Positions 14,146 through 24,829 of a stretch of DNA of 64,000 nt are shown here, piece by piece. Positions within the stretch are counted from its first letter, which is position 1. The number at the start of each line of letters is the position of its first letter. The stretch is from the human T2T-CHM13v2.0 reference genome, Homo sapiens. The stretch is taken from the NCBI RefSeq assembly GCF_009914755.1, contig NC_060926.1; one strand, written 5' to 3'. The position numbers and the translations under genes are program-made. The notes under the pieces are model-generated. The model saw nothing but the letters and a program-made list of their open reading frames with translations, had not been told where the DNA came from and did not search any database.

Positions 14146-14939
14146 TGAAATAATAGCAGTTAATATTTATCAAAAGCCTACTATGTTCCAGGCACTGCTC
14201 CAAGTTCATCAGGTGGAGATTATAACTCATTAGGTCTCAATAACTCCATGAGGTTGAACTTATTGTGCTCTCCACAAGCACGTGTTGCTTGCCCTTGTCC
14301 TCATACCATAATGAAATGTTTGGAGCTTTTGCAAAAGCCATTTTCCTAATATGATGGGCATCCAAGTCTGGTTGCAAAGGCTTGGATAGAGGGCAAGTGA
14401 GAGAATTGGAGAGAGACTAAAAATCATTCAAGAAATTTTGTGGTGAAAAAGACAAGTCAAAAGACTGAGAGAAACATGAGGACAGAAAACTCTTTGTAAG
14501 GCAAGGAGACATAAAGATGAAGTCAGGCTGAATAGGAAAGAAGGAGGTGAAAGGTGAAAGAGAGATGGCTGGGGGTGTGGCTGGTCCAAATTCTCACAAG
14601 ATCTCTGTTGGAGAAACATTGCCTGGCTTGTGCTGGTGGCGAGATGTACATAGCAGCTTCTCAGCTAGAGGGAGCAGGGAGTCATGGCCTTGTGAGGGAG
14701 ACAGATGGAGACACACACAACCCCCATCGCAGGTGAATGCTATGAAAGAATGGGGTGGAGGGCTTCCCAGGGAGATGAACTGAGTTTTAAGAACGAAGTT
14801 AGCCAGCAAAGAAGCAAAAGGAAGAGGATATAGACTTGAGGATTACATCACTGGATGACTGAGCCACTGATTGGATGTGGAGGATGAGAGAGTGATGCTT
14901 TGAGGTGATTCCCAAGTTCTCCGCATGGACAAAGGCAGA

Positions 14940-15135
14940 GACAATAACTTGTACTGAGTGCTCTTTGGAGTCTGACATTGATCCAGTGCACCACATATGT
15001 TATCTCATTTACTCCTCACAGAGGTCCCGTATAACGCTTGCAATTTCACAGATACGCAAGCTGAGGCAAAATAATTGGCCCAGGGCTCACCACTAATAAA
15101 TAGGAGAGTCTGGATTTGGGGCCAGGTTATTCCAG
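14940..15135 (-). mobile_element. MIR SINE fragment
   Basis: tatctcatttactcctcaca...caatttcacagatacgcaagctgaggc...ggcccagggctcac resembles the antisense MIR core. Confidence 0.6.
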
Positions 15136-16077
15136 AAATAGAGAGAGGGAGGGAAAACGTTAATGTGGGGCCAGAGCCAGAACAGGTAGGCTAGGCTGTA
15201 TCAGCCTGGGAGGCATCGGGCTATTCTCCAAAAAGTGAGGCTCCGGGTTGCAGGAGATGGGACCTCCAGGAAACTGGTGGGAGGCTGGACAGGGGCAAAG
15301 TGAAAGGTAAGCAGCCTGAAGATGGGTGGGATGTAGTGGACTCCAGCGTGAAGAGCCTCCAGTCTCTGGCAGAGCTCAGCAGCTTGGGTGGGAGGAAACG
15401 AAGGGCAGGGAGCAGAAGGTGGTGGGGGGAACGGGTTTTGGTTAAGATGGGCAGCTGTCCAGTGGTGAAGAGGGGAAGTATTTGTGTATACGATCAGTTG
15501 TGGGGGACGGTGGTAGAGGGAGCAGTATGAGAGTCTGGGAGGAACAGGGCAGGGGAGATGGCACAGGAGAAGATTGGGGTGGGGGTGGGGGCACTGATAC
15601 TGAATCCAGTACACAGAGGCAGGCTTAGAGACCCCCTGAGGGTGACAAATTCTTCTCTTAACTTGCTGCAGAGGAAACGACAAGAGAATAGGTCCTAAGA
15701 GGAGTGAAAATAGAGGAAACTGGCCAAGGGATAAAGATAAGCAGAGCTATGGAAGAAAAGGAAGAAAATTAGGGAATTACTGGAGAGGAAGCTGACAGAA
15801 AGGGGCGCTGGGAGAGGAAAAGGTGAGGGAGGACGAAAACGGAACTCCTATCACCCAGCGCATTCCAGCACCCCCTCCCCCTCCCCCGGGAAGTCTGCGA
15901 CTGCATCCTCACAGGGATGGAATGGGAGTGGAAGCTAGGCCAGGCTGGGACCCCGGGGCTGTCCCAGCCCAACCAAGACGGTGACCAGACTCAAGTTACT
16001 GATCCTCCGCTGTTTCTTCATCTGTAAAGTGGAGTTAATGACAGACAGCTGGATGTCAACGTTTTTTGTTGTTTGTT

Positions 16078-16192
16078 TTAGAGATGGGATCTCCCTGTAT
16101 CGCCCAGGCTGGAGTGCAGCGGTATGATCACGGCTCACTGCAGCCTCGACCTCCTGGGCTCGAGAGATCTTCCTGTCTCAGCCTCCCGAGTA
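16078..16192 (-). mobile_element. Partial Alu monomer
   Basis: GAGATGGGATCTCCCTGTATCGCCCAGGCTGGAGTGCAGCGG...CTCAGCCTCCCGAGTAG. Confidence 0.85.
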
Positions 16193-18381
16193 GAAATGTC
16201 AGCATTTGAATGCCTCACAAGGGAAGGTGGTGTAATAAAAGGTCTATTGATTTAGATATGAACAAGTATACCCAGAGCCACACGAATGAAAGGAGGTGGC
16301 CAGTGTAGATGCAAGTCTAGGACGGTCGGTAGATTCCAAGCTTCTCTACCTGCCCAGTTAAACAAGTTCGTGGCCCCTGGCCAGCCTCTCGGTGGGGGTC
16401 TGCGACAGAACGGGTGGGATTCATTACCAGGCTAGGAGCGCAAGGCCCTCGGGCCGGGTTCAGCTTGCTGGGCTCCTGTCTTGTCTCAGCCCCCAGCACT
16501 TGCTCTGTCACCGCAGAGCACAGGCCCAGGCAACGTTTACCCAACTGAACCCGCATCCCTGTGGGAACCTTGTTCCAACAAAATCCCGTCGTTGTCTCCT
16601 TCCATATGGAACGAAAATCTCCTTCTGTACCTCTGCCCAGCTCCGCACCCCCGCCCCCTTAGAGATACGGCCTGGTCGGGTCCTGGTCCCCCCCTCGGCG
16701 GCGCTTCCACTTTTCCCAGACTGAGGGTGGGGAAAAGGAGGAGGGGGAAGAAATCAGAGGAGGAAAAGTCGGGAGGTAGGGGAGCCGGGAGACAGGAGAG
16801 GGGGAAAATAAAGAGCCTGAGACACAAACGAGAGGAAAAGACCATCACAGAAAGCTGGAAATCTCCGGAGAGGCCAGCGAGAACCCGCGCTCCCCACGGA
16901 TTCCATCATTCCTTCCGAAGGCGCCTCTGCGGTGTCTCAGCCGTGCCAGGCCCCGGGGTTCCCAGGACGCGGAGGAGTGCTGGGTGCGGCCGCCTCGCCT
17001 CCCCACCCCTGGCCGCCCCTCCCCACCTCGCCCAAGGGGGCCGGAACGGCGTCGGCGCGCGGGGGCTTTTCGGAGCAGTCGAGTGGAAAATAGACTTTAA
17101 CCCGCTTTGTGGCGGCCGGGGCGCCCTGAGCGCTCTCCAAACCACGGCTCCCGGCGCTCAGGCGGGCCGCTGCCAAGACCCGGCCTGGAGTCCCCGCAGA
17201 GTTGCGCGGCGCACGGACCCCGTGGCCTTGGGGCGTCAGGAGGCCCAACCCAGATCTGCGCGCCCAGGCAGCGCTCAGGCCGCTAGAATGGACCCCGGCA
17301 GCGGCGAGGAAGCGGAACTCTCTGCGGCTCCCTCTCCGCAGTGCGCCGGCAAGGTCCAGGTCCCAGCCTCCCCACCGCCGCCCGCGCCCTCCTAGGCCTC
17401 GGAGCGGCGCCTTTCTGCGGCCTCGAAGGTGGGGTGGGAAAGTTTGGGGAGTCCCGGCTCTCACAGCCTGTCGTGAGAACTGCCCCCGGGGAATTCGTCC
17501 GCCGTACGGAAAAACTGGCCGGAGCAGAGTCGTCCGCGGTTCCGCGGTCGCGGGTGGAAGGTGAAGGTCGAGGGAGGTCAGGCTGCTTCTGCGTGTCCTG
17601 ACGGCTGGCGTGTTCTCTTGAGATGGGCTCGGGCTACTTGGCCAGCTTCAATTTAAGCCACAGTGTCTCCGAGGCCCTGACCTGGTCCGGCCCGCCGACA
17701 CTTGAGCCCCCAGAGCCTCAGAGAAGGCGAGGGGGTGGATCTCCCAGTGCCGAGGCCCGCCGTCCTGGTCCAAGCCGGTCGCGGCACCGTGTCTGGGCAC
17801 TGGAGCTGCTTCCAGCCCCGCGAACAGCTGGAGGGTGGCAGTGGGACCGCTCCGGCGGCTTCTCCCGCGCAGTGCCCCGCCTGGCCCCTTGTGAAGGGAG
17901 TGAGCGTCCCCTTTCCAGAGCTGTCCCCCGTGACATCCAGAAAACGCGAAACCTCAGGAACAAGGTCGCAGCTTCAGACCGCGGCCCAGGAGGCCGATGG
18001 TGGGTGAGTGGGAGAGTCCCGGAGAGCAGGGGGGCAGAGAGCTGGTTTTCGGGAAAACCAATGTGTTGGACCCCAAACATCCACCCTCCGCTCGGATCCA
18101 AGTTCTCTGAGAACTGAAACGACATCCCGGGACGAATGGGAGAGTTAGGCTGAGCTACACACCGGGGAGGGGAGGGTTGGAGTTTAGCCCCAAGCCCTTC
18201 GGACGCCTTCTTCGGCTCCCGCGTGGGTTGAGACGGCGGCAGCGGCCACCAGACTCAGCTAAAGGGCGGAGTCGCGAGGAGAAGCCAGTGGCGAGGGGAG
18301 GAGGAGGCCTGGATCTCCCCGCGAAGGCTCCAGTCCGGCTTTTGCCTCCGACTGCGGGCTCCCTCCCCACCCGCCGTCCCT

Positions 18382-18432
18382 CGCCCCGCCCCGCCCCGCC
18401 CCCCACCTTGGGGCAGGTGAGCGGCGGCCAAT
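18382..18432 (+). promoter_or_regulatory. EMX1 proximal promoter elements: tandem GC boxes plus CCAAT box
   Basis: CGCCCCGCCCCGCCCCGCCC at ~18382-18401 (Sp/KLF type) and GGCCAATGGG with CCAAT at 18428-18432 (NF-Y type), ~360 nt upstream of the first ATG. No TATA box seen. Confidence 0.6.
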
Positions 18433-18792
18433 GGGCGAGCGCGGGGCAGGTGCCCGCTAACTCGCGCCTCGCAGCGCTGGGCGGCCGGGGCTGGGCAGGG
18501 CAGTGCGGGGACACCGGGGGCTGGGGTCGGTCCCAGCGGGACTCCGAAAGGAGGGAGACGAGCTCAACCCTCGGGCCTTACTGGCAGCTCGCAGCCTAGC
18601 ACGGAGCCCGCGCCTGTGCGGGCGCCTGGAGCTGCCCGCTCCGCCGCAGCAGCCGCCGCGCCTGGCCGTACGCTGTGGCCGGACCCCGCGGTCGCTCGCT
18701 CACACACCCCTCGCCGCTCCGCGCCTGGCTCGCCCGCGGGGGCCGAGCGCGAGCGGGCGGGCGGGGGAGGTGAGGGGTGCGGGCGGGTGTGC

Positions 18793-19312
18793 ATGTGCCT
18801 GGCTGGGTGCACACCCCGCAAGGCGGCGGCGCCAGGACGCGGAGCGCTCCCCAGAGCCCGGCTGCCTCGCACAGCTCCCGCGGCTGCGACCATGTTCCAG
18901 CCCGCGGCCAAGCGCGGCTTTACCATAGAGTCCTTGGTGGCCAAGGACGGCGGCACCGGCGGGGGCACTGGCGGCGGGGGCGCGGGCTCCCATCTCCTGG
19001 CGGCGGCCGCCTCCGAGGAACCGCTCCGGCCCACGGCGCTCAACTACCCTCACCCCAGCGCGGCCGAGGCGGCCTTCGTGAGTGGCTTCCCTGCCGCGGC
19101 CGCCGCGGGCGCGGGCCGCTCGCTCTACGGTGGGCCCGAGCTCGTGTTCCCCGAGGCCATGAACCACCCCGCGCTGACCGTGCATCCGGCGCACCAGCTG
19201 GGCGCCTCCCCGCTGCAGCCCCCGCACTCCTTCTTCGGCGCCCAGCACCGGGACCCTCTCCATTTCTACCCCTGGGTCCTGCGGAACCGCTTCTTCGGCC
19301 ACCGCTTCCAGG
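18793..19312 (+). CDS. EMX1: Homeobox protein EMX1, coding exon 1
   Basis: ATG 18793 (MCLAGCTPRK...) and in-frame ATG 18892 (MFQPAAKRGFTIESLV, an eh1-type motif). Encodes the HFYPWVLRNRFFGHRFQ motif. Donor CAGG|GTGAGT at 19312/19313, phase 1. Confidence 0.97.
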
Positions 19313-20118
19313 GTGAGTGTCCACGCTGTGCCCGCCGAGGCGGCCGGCCGGCGCCCGTGCTGCGGCGATGCGGGGGAGGCTCGGGGGCGCGCGGGGCTGT
19401 TTAGAAGTTACTGCCGGGAAGGCTGCAGGTCCGCGGAGGTAGATTCCCAGGCAGGGAAGAGCTGTGCGGCATCCACCCGCGCCTTCGCCGCGTAGGTCTC
19501 CCTCCCAGGAAAGCAGGTGGAGACCTCCAGGCTTTTCTAGAAAATATACCAGTTCGGACGCAAGCCCAGGCGCGTCCTCGGAGCCTGTGCTGGCCCTCGC
19601 CACAGCCTGCCCAATTCTCTCTCCCAGCTGAGCCAGTCTCAGACCAGAGTACAACTCCTCCCGCTCTCCCTCCGCCCGGCTTAACCTCGCACCACGCTTC
19701 TCTCGCAAGTCCACCACCACCTCCGAGACCTCAGCCTTCGCTGGCGCGTCCGGGCGGGGGAAAGTCCATTCGCGTGCCCCAGCTCTGGGGGAAGCAAGGG
19801 CAGCAGGGAGGGCGAATCGGAGAGTTAATGTTCAGTGTGGAGGGCCTGGCTGTCTTGGGATGTTTCTCGGCAACCTTGGCCCGACTTCTCCAAGTCACAC
19901 GTGCCTCTCCTACCCAAGGTGGGGAAGGTTTGCAGTAAGCAAACTGGCTTCCGCCGTTGCTCGCCGCCTTCGGGAGGGAGCCCACCCGGCTGCTGGAATA
20001 CCGAGGACAGTTTTCCCGGGCAGGGGGCGGGGGCAGAGGGCTTTTAAGGTCGTAGCCAGTCCGAACCCCGGAGTTTGCATCCAGCAATCGGCTTGCTAAT
20101 AAAGATCCTCCACTGGCC

Positions 20119-20120
<2 letters not shown>

Positions 20121-20160
<40 letters not shown>
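20121..20160. repeat. (AC)20 dinucleotide microsatellite in EMX1 intron 1
   Basis: 40 nt of perfect AC repeat. Confidence 0.98.
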
Positions 20161-20164
<4 letters not shown>

Positions 20165-20829
20165 CAATTATTTGTCTTTCCCGGAGAAAAGAGAGTTGCA
20201 TTTGTTGGAGTTCGTTTTCTTCCTTGAAATTTGTTGGAGTTTGTTTTTTTCTTTTCTTTTTTTTTAAATTTTATTTTAAAGAGTGGCCTTGATTTGTACA
20301 GGCATCACTTTAGTTTCCAGTTTTATTTTGTTAGTGTAGACCAGACCACAGCCTTGTGAGAAGGGTCTATGGCTCAGAGCTAGGTAACCCGGCTTTTAGA
20401 GAAACAAATGAAAGGGACATGGCTGGAGCTTCGGCTCCAGGAGCTAATGTGACGGTCTGTAGTCTAGGTCTACAGTCAATTAGATGTTTGGCACAGTTGT
20501 TTAGATAATAAAATGAAAATTATCTCTTGACACTTTGACTTTCACAGAAAACCGCTTTCCCAGGTCCCGATTTGTCAGGCAATTTTTTCAGTCCCACCTG
20601 GCCAATAGATGCTGACCTGGCAGATACCACAAAACCAGAGAATGTAATTACTAGAATAAGAATTGTTGTGGGTAGCCTTGCCTCCTCTTTGAAGATTTCA
20701 AAGACTTGCCCAAATCCAAATCCGAAAAAACAAAAATGCTACAATGTCATCTGCCTTGGGCAAGAGTTTCTGCCACTTAAAAATAAATGTTTACTGATAA
20801 CATGAGGATATCTTTAAAATTGAGCAATC

Positions 20830-22100
20830 TACCCTGGTCCTCCGTGGGCTCGATCCGAAGCCTGGGTCTCGAAACCTGGCGCCCAGGGGCCGAGTTGTAG
20901 TTGGGGCGGTGTGTGAGCCCGCGGGCCGCCGCGGCCGAGGGGCTGGCGGGTTGGAGGCTTGTGGAGGGATAGGGGCTCGGAGGAGAGGGCGGGGTCGTTC
21001 CTAAGTCCTGTGGCCTCCAGCCGTTCAGCTTGTCCGGAGTCGGCATCCTGGGCCGCACCCTCGGCTTCGAATCCAGCCCCTGACGCCCTCCGCACCGCGG
21101 TTCCTGCCTCCGGGCGCCGAGGGCCGGGGGCGCCTGGAGAGAAATCCAGCTCCGGCTCTGAGCGTCTCCAGTCAGGCGAGGCGGATAAATCCTTCGCAAA
21201 ACCCTCTTGGAAATTGCCGCCGCTTCCTGAGCCATCAGTCCCAGCGGGTACGTTATCGAGTAGCACAAACAGTTGGATTTTTCCCTCAAGAACCGAGTCT
21301 GGACGCGGAGATGGAGCCAAGTGTGGCTGCATTTTCGGACCCGGAAATCCGTTGGGCACTGAAGGACTTTTCGAACCCTGTAGCGCTGTTGCTTCGCGGT
21401 CCATCGTCGCCGCTGCAGACGGATGCGCTCCCCGGCGGCTCTACGCCCTCCAGTCCCGGCCAGGCCTCTGGGCTGGGAGCCGAGCCGTCTCGGGCCCTCC
21501 GGCGCCGCGTTTTCTAGAGAACCGGGTCTCAGCGATGCTCATTTCAGCCCCGTCTTAATGCAACAAACGAAACCCCACACGAACGAAAAGGAACATGTCT
21601 GCGCTCTCTGCGCAGCGCTTGGGCGGCGCGGTCCCGGCGCGCGGGGAAGCGGCGTCTCCGCTAACCGAGGCGCTGGAAGGGGAAAAGCGAATGCGGAATC
21701 GTCCAGGACTCCGAAGGTCGGGGCCGCTCGCGAGCACCGAAGGGGAGGAGCCGACGAAGACCAGGAGTGGGCCGCATTTCGGTACTGTTTCCCCGAGATC
21801 AGGAACTTTCCGGGTCTAGGAGCAACGCCTGGAGGGGGCTGTAGAGACCCAGCCCCCCGGGACCCGCAACTACAATGGGCCGGAGCTTCTAAGGTCGCCT
21901 TTGTTCTGGCAGGAGGACGGGGAATGAGGTTATCTCCGCCGCCTGTCCTGCCTCTCCCTCTCCTAGCCCTAGGGCCCTCCGCCCAGCCGTCCGGCCCTGA
22001 GCCCCTGGCCGGCGGCGGCCTCTCCAGCGAAGACTGCGGCTCGAAGACTGCAGCTCGGACCCCGGGTGCTTCGGATCCCTAGCTCCCACCTCCAGCTCCC
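20830..22100. promoter_or_regulatory. Intronic CpG island (EMX1 intron 1)
   Basis: CpG-dense, GC-rich block with no recognisable coding content. Confidence 0.8.
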
Positions 22101-24829
22101 TCATTCCTGGGAATCTCTTGTGCTAGTTCCCAGCCATTGCCTTGAAGGGGCCCTAAAAGAGTGGCTGTAGAAAAATCGGAGGGGTAGGGAAGCAGGGAGG
22201 AGAGGGGTATTCATTTCCCTAGCTCCAGGGACGGCTATACCAGTCCCTTTCCACTTTGCTAACTGTCCTAGTCCGAAACTGACAGCCCGTTCTCACAGCC
22301 CAGAATTACTGCGTCCAAACAGGCCGCACCCTAGACCCAAGTTTGTTCTGCCCTTGTGGTCCAGGCAAGGGAAACTGAACCCCTGGTAGGGGTGGTTCAG
22401 GCCTCCTTCCCACAGGTCGGGGGGCGGGGCGGTACAGGTACCTGTGCACCTAAGGCATCACCCTTGTCTTTGCAGAAACATGTAGCAATTGATCTGTTTC
22501 TCAGGATGTTTGGTGTTGTACTAAACATCCTCTTTCTAACAGGGAAACGTCCTTATTCTTTTGGAATCAAATAACCTGTCATCACTTAGCATCTTGACTC
22601 ATCCTGCAGTCTCCTGCTTCTCTGTGATAGGGTTAGAAGGACCCCTGTATTTTTGCACATGCATGTGAATATACCCTTTAGGACACATGCTGTCTACCAC
22701 AACTGGACATGACAATGACCTGGGGCCATTTTCTCAGTAAGGTAGACCCAAAGCAACCTAGCATCCCCCTAAAATAACCAGACTTGAGGCAAAGGGGCAT
22801 GTATGTTGGTACAGAAGCTTGTTGCCTTCATCCTCTCATCTGGGTTTATAAAGACAAACACAGAGCACTCCACCACACAGGTGACTGACATATACCACAT
22901 AATTACAAAATAATCACTAAGTCAGAGACACTGGGGCAGACTGCAGACCTGCTTCCTCAGCCCCACACTGCCCTTCACACCTCTGCCTCCTATTCATACA
23001 CACTTACGGGGCTTTCCACACTGCAGCCTCACTTCTGACCAACCTGGGCCAGCCCAGCATCTGAGGCCAAACCCTGCCAATGCTGGGATGAGCTAGGCTT
23101 TCTCTCTCCCTCTCTGGTTCATTTGTCCAGAGGAAACCACTGTTGGGACTTCACCCAGGTTCATAACAATGTTGTTTTTTGAAGCAAGTTATTAACATTA
23201 ACAAGAAGCATTTGCTTTCCACCCACCTTTCCCTGGCCTACCTCACTGGCCCCACCCCAGAGACTTTAATCTTCCTTATTCCCCACCTGGAGCAGGCTCC
23301 ATATTTTTCTGCCCTTTACTCATCTCTGCCAGACCACCTCCCCTGACCATCTGTCTATTCCACTATCCCAAGTCAAACTTCTCTTCAGTCGGACCTGAGG
23401 GCCCTAGATCTGCGCCACTTGAATAATCAAATGGGGTGTCCCTCACCCATCTCCCTGTGATGTGGTCCCACCATTTTTGTGGCTGCACAGATCCAACCAG
23501 TTGAAATTGATAAGGTGACTGGAGATTATTGACTGACCCCTTCCAGGCACTAGCCCCGCAATCCTAGCAACTCTGTTCCACAGAAAACTCCAGCAAAAAC
23601 TTGGCTTCTTTAGGTAACCAAAGCCCAGAGACTTGGAGGAAGTAAGGTCAGGGAGTTTCCACCAACAGAGGGACAAGAACAGTTACCTGGAGAGTTTTAG
23701 CTACAGCATCTCAATTATCTGCTTTTGATTCACTTACATAGATGTTTCCAGAGATGGGAGATGTTAACTGAATTATCCAGGTGATTGTCTTAGAGCAAAG
23801 CAACAGGTCAAATCAAGTCCAACCAGTAGCCATCTCTGAAGAAATTAATTGGATCAGTCAATCCCAACAGCTAATTCTGTCAAAATAATCCATCTAGGGT
23901 TCCGTGTTTTTGGTGCATCAGGAGGCTGTTATGTGCCCTTACATGAGAATCCATGGGTGATTTTGTCAGGGCCTGTTATGAGTCTGTTAGCATGTGCAAC
24001 CAAGCCAGAGATTGTGTGAGGGCCTAGTGGGGTGTTCATTGAGACAGGCGCTGTGGGTAGAGGCTTGTTTTGGCATTGATAGTTTCTGACCCCATCTCCC
24101 CTACCCCAGCTTCATCCAGTCCAGTGTTATCCCTTCCTCCTGCATGTGGGAGCTGAGTCCCTATGCTGGCCAACATTTGCTAAGGGACAGTCACACTCTA
24201 AAAATCCTATACAGTAGATAGGAAAAAAGACAGTAGGGAGGCTGGAACATATATTTACACACGCCCATGCAGAAACCAATATATCTATATCTATATATAT
24301 TAGAGAGAAAGATGACATCTAGATATTTATACACATGTTTCTTTAGCAAGGGACTATTCAGGGATGAAGCAGGGATGAAGCTTTTCCCACCAGACAGTAC
24401 TTGGAGTCTCCAGTGTGTGTGTTGGGATAGGGGGTTGGGGGCTTACCCTAGAGGCTGGGTCTCTGGACCGCCAAGGCCTGGGGGAGAGAGAGGTGGAGAA
24501 AGGGGAAGAAGGAGCCTGACTTTCCACTTCCAGGTGCTGCCTGGACCACTGACCTAGCCACTGGCCTATTTATACCCCCTGCAAGACAGAGCTAGAGCGT
24601 GCTGGCAGGAGTTTTTAATGAGTTAGTAGCCTGAGCATTCAGCCGCAAGACTAGTGCAAGCAGGTGTGAAGGGATTGCTCCTTGTGTACCTTCTAGTTCT
24701 TGAATCTGTGTTTGGCAAAGGTGTGCCTAGCACCCCGCTGCTCCCCTTATCACGTTCCTGACCCCCAGCCCTGCCTCTACCCTGGGTCCTCTTGGAGGGA
24801 GATGCTTTGCGACCAGTTAACTGAAAGCA

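Larger units (their letters stand above)
16400..19760. promoter_or_regulatory. CpG island covering the EMX1 promoter and exon 1
   Basis: Very high GC content and dense, undepleted CpG compared with the flanks. Confidence 0.9.

Noticed and set aside
16481-18600. Long ORFs (up to 304 aa) upstream of EMX1
   Set aside because: Overlapping Arg/Pro/Gly/Ala-rich ORFs on both strands are expected in a stop-poor CpG island, and none has a recognisable domain.
18564-19720. Antisense ORFs of 159-226 aa over EMX1 exon 1
   Set aside because: They are shadows of GC-rich codon usage with no independent coding signal.
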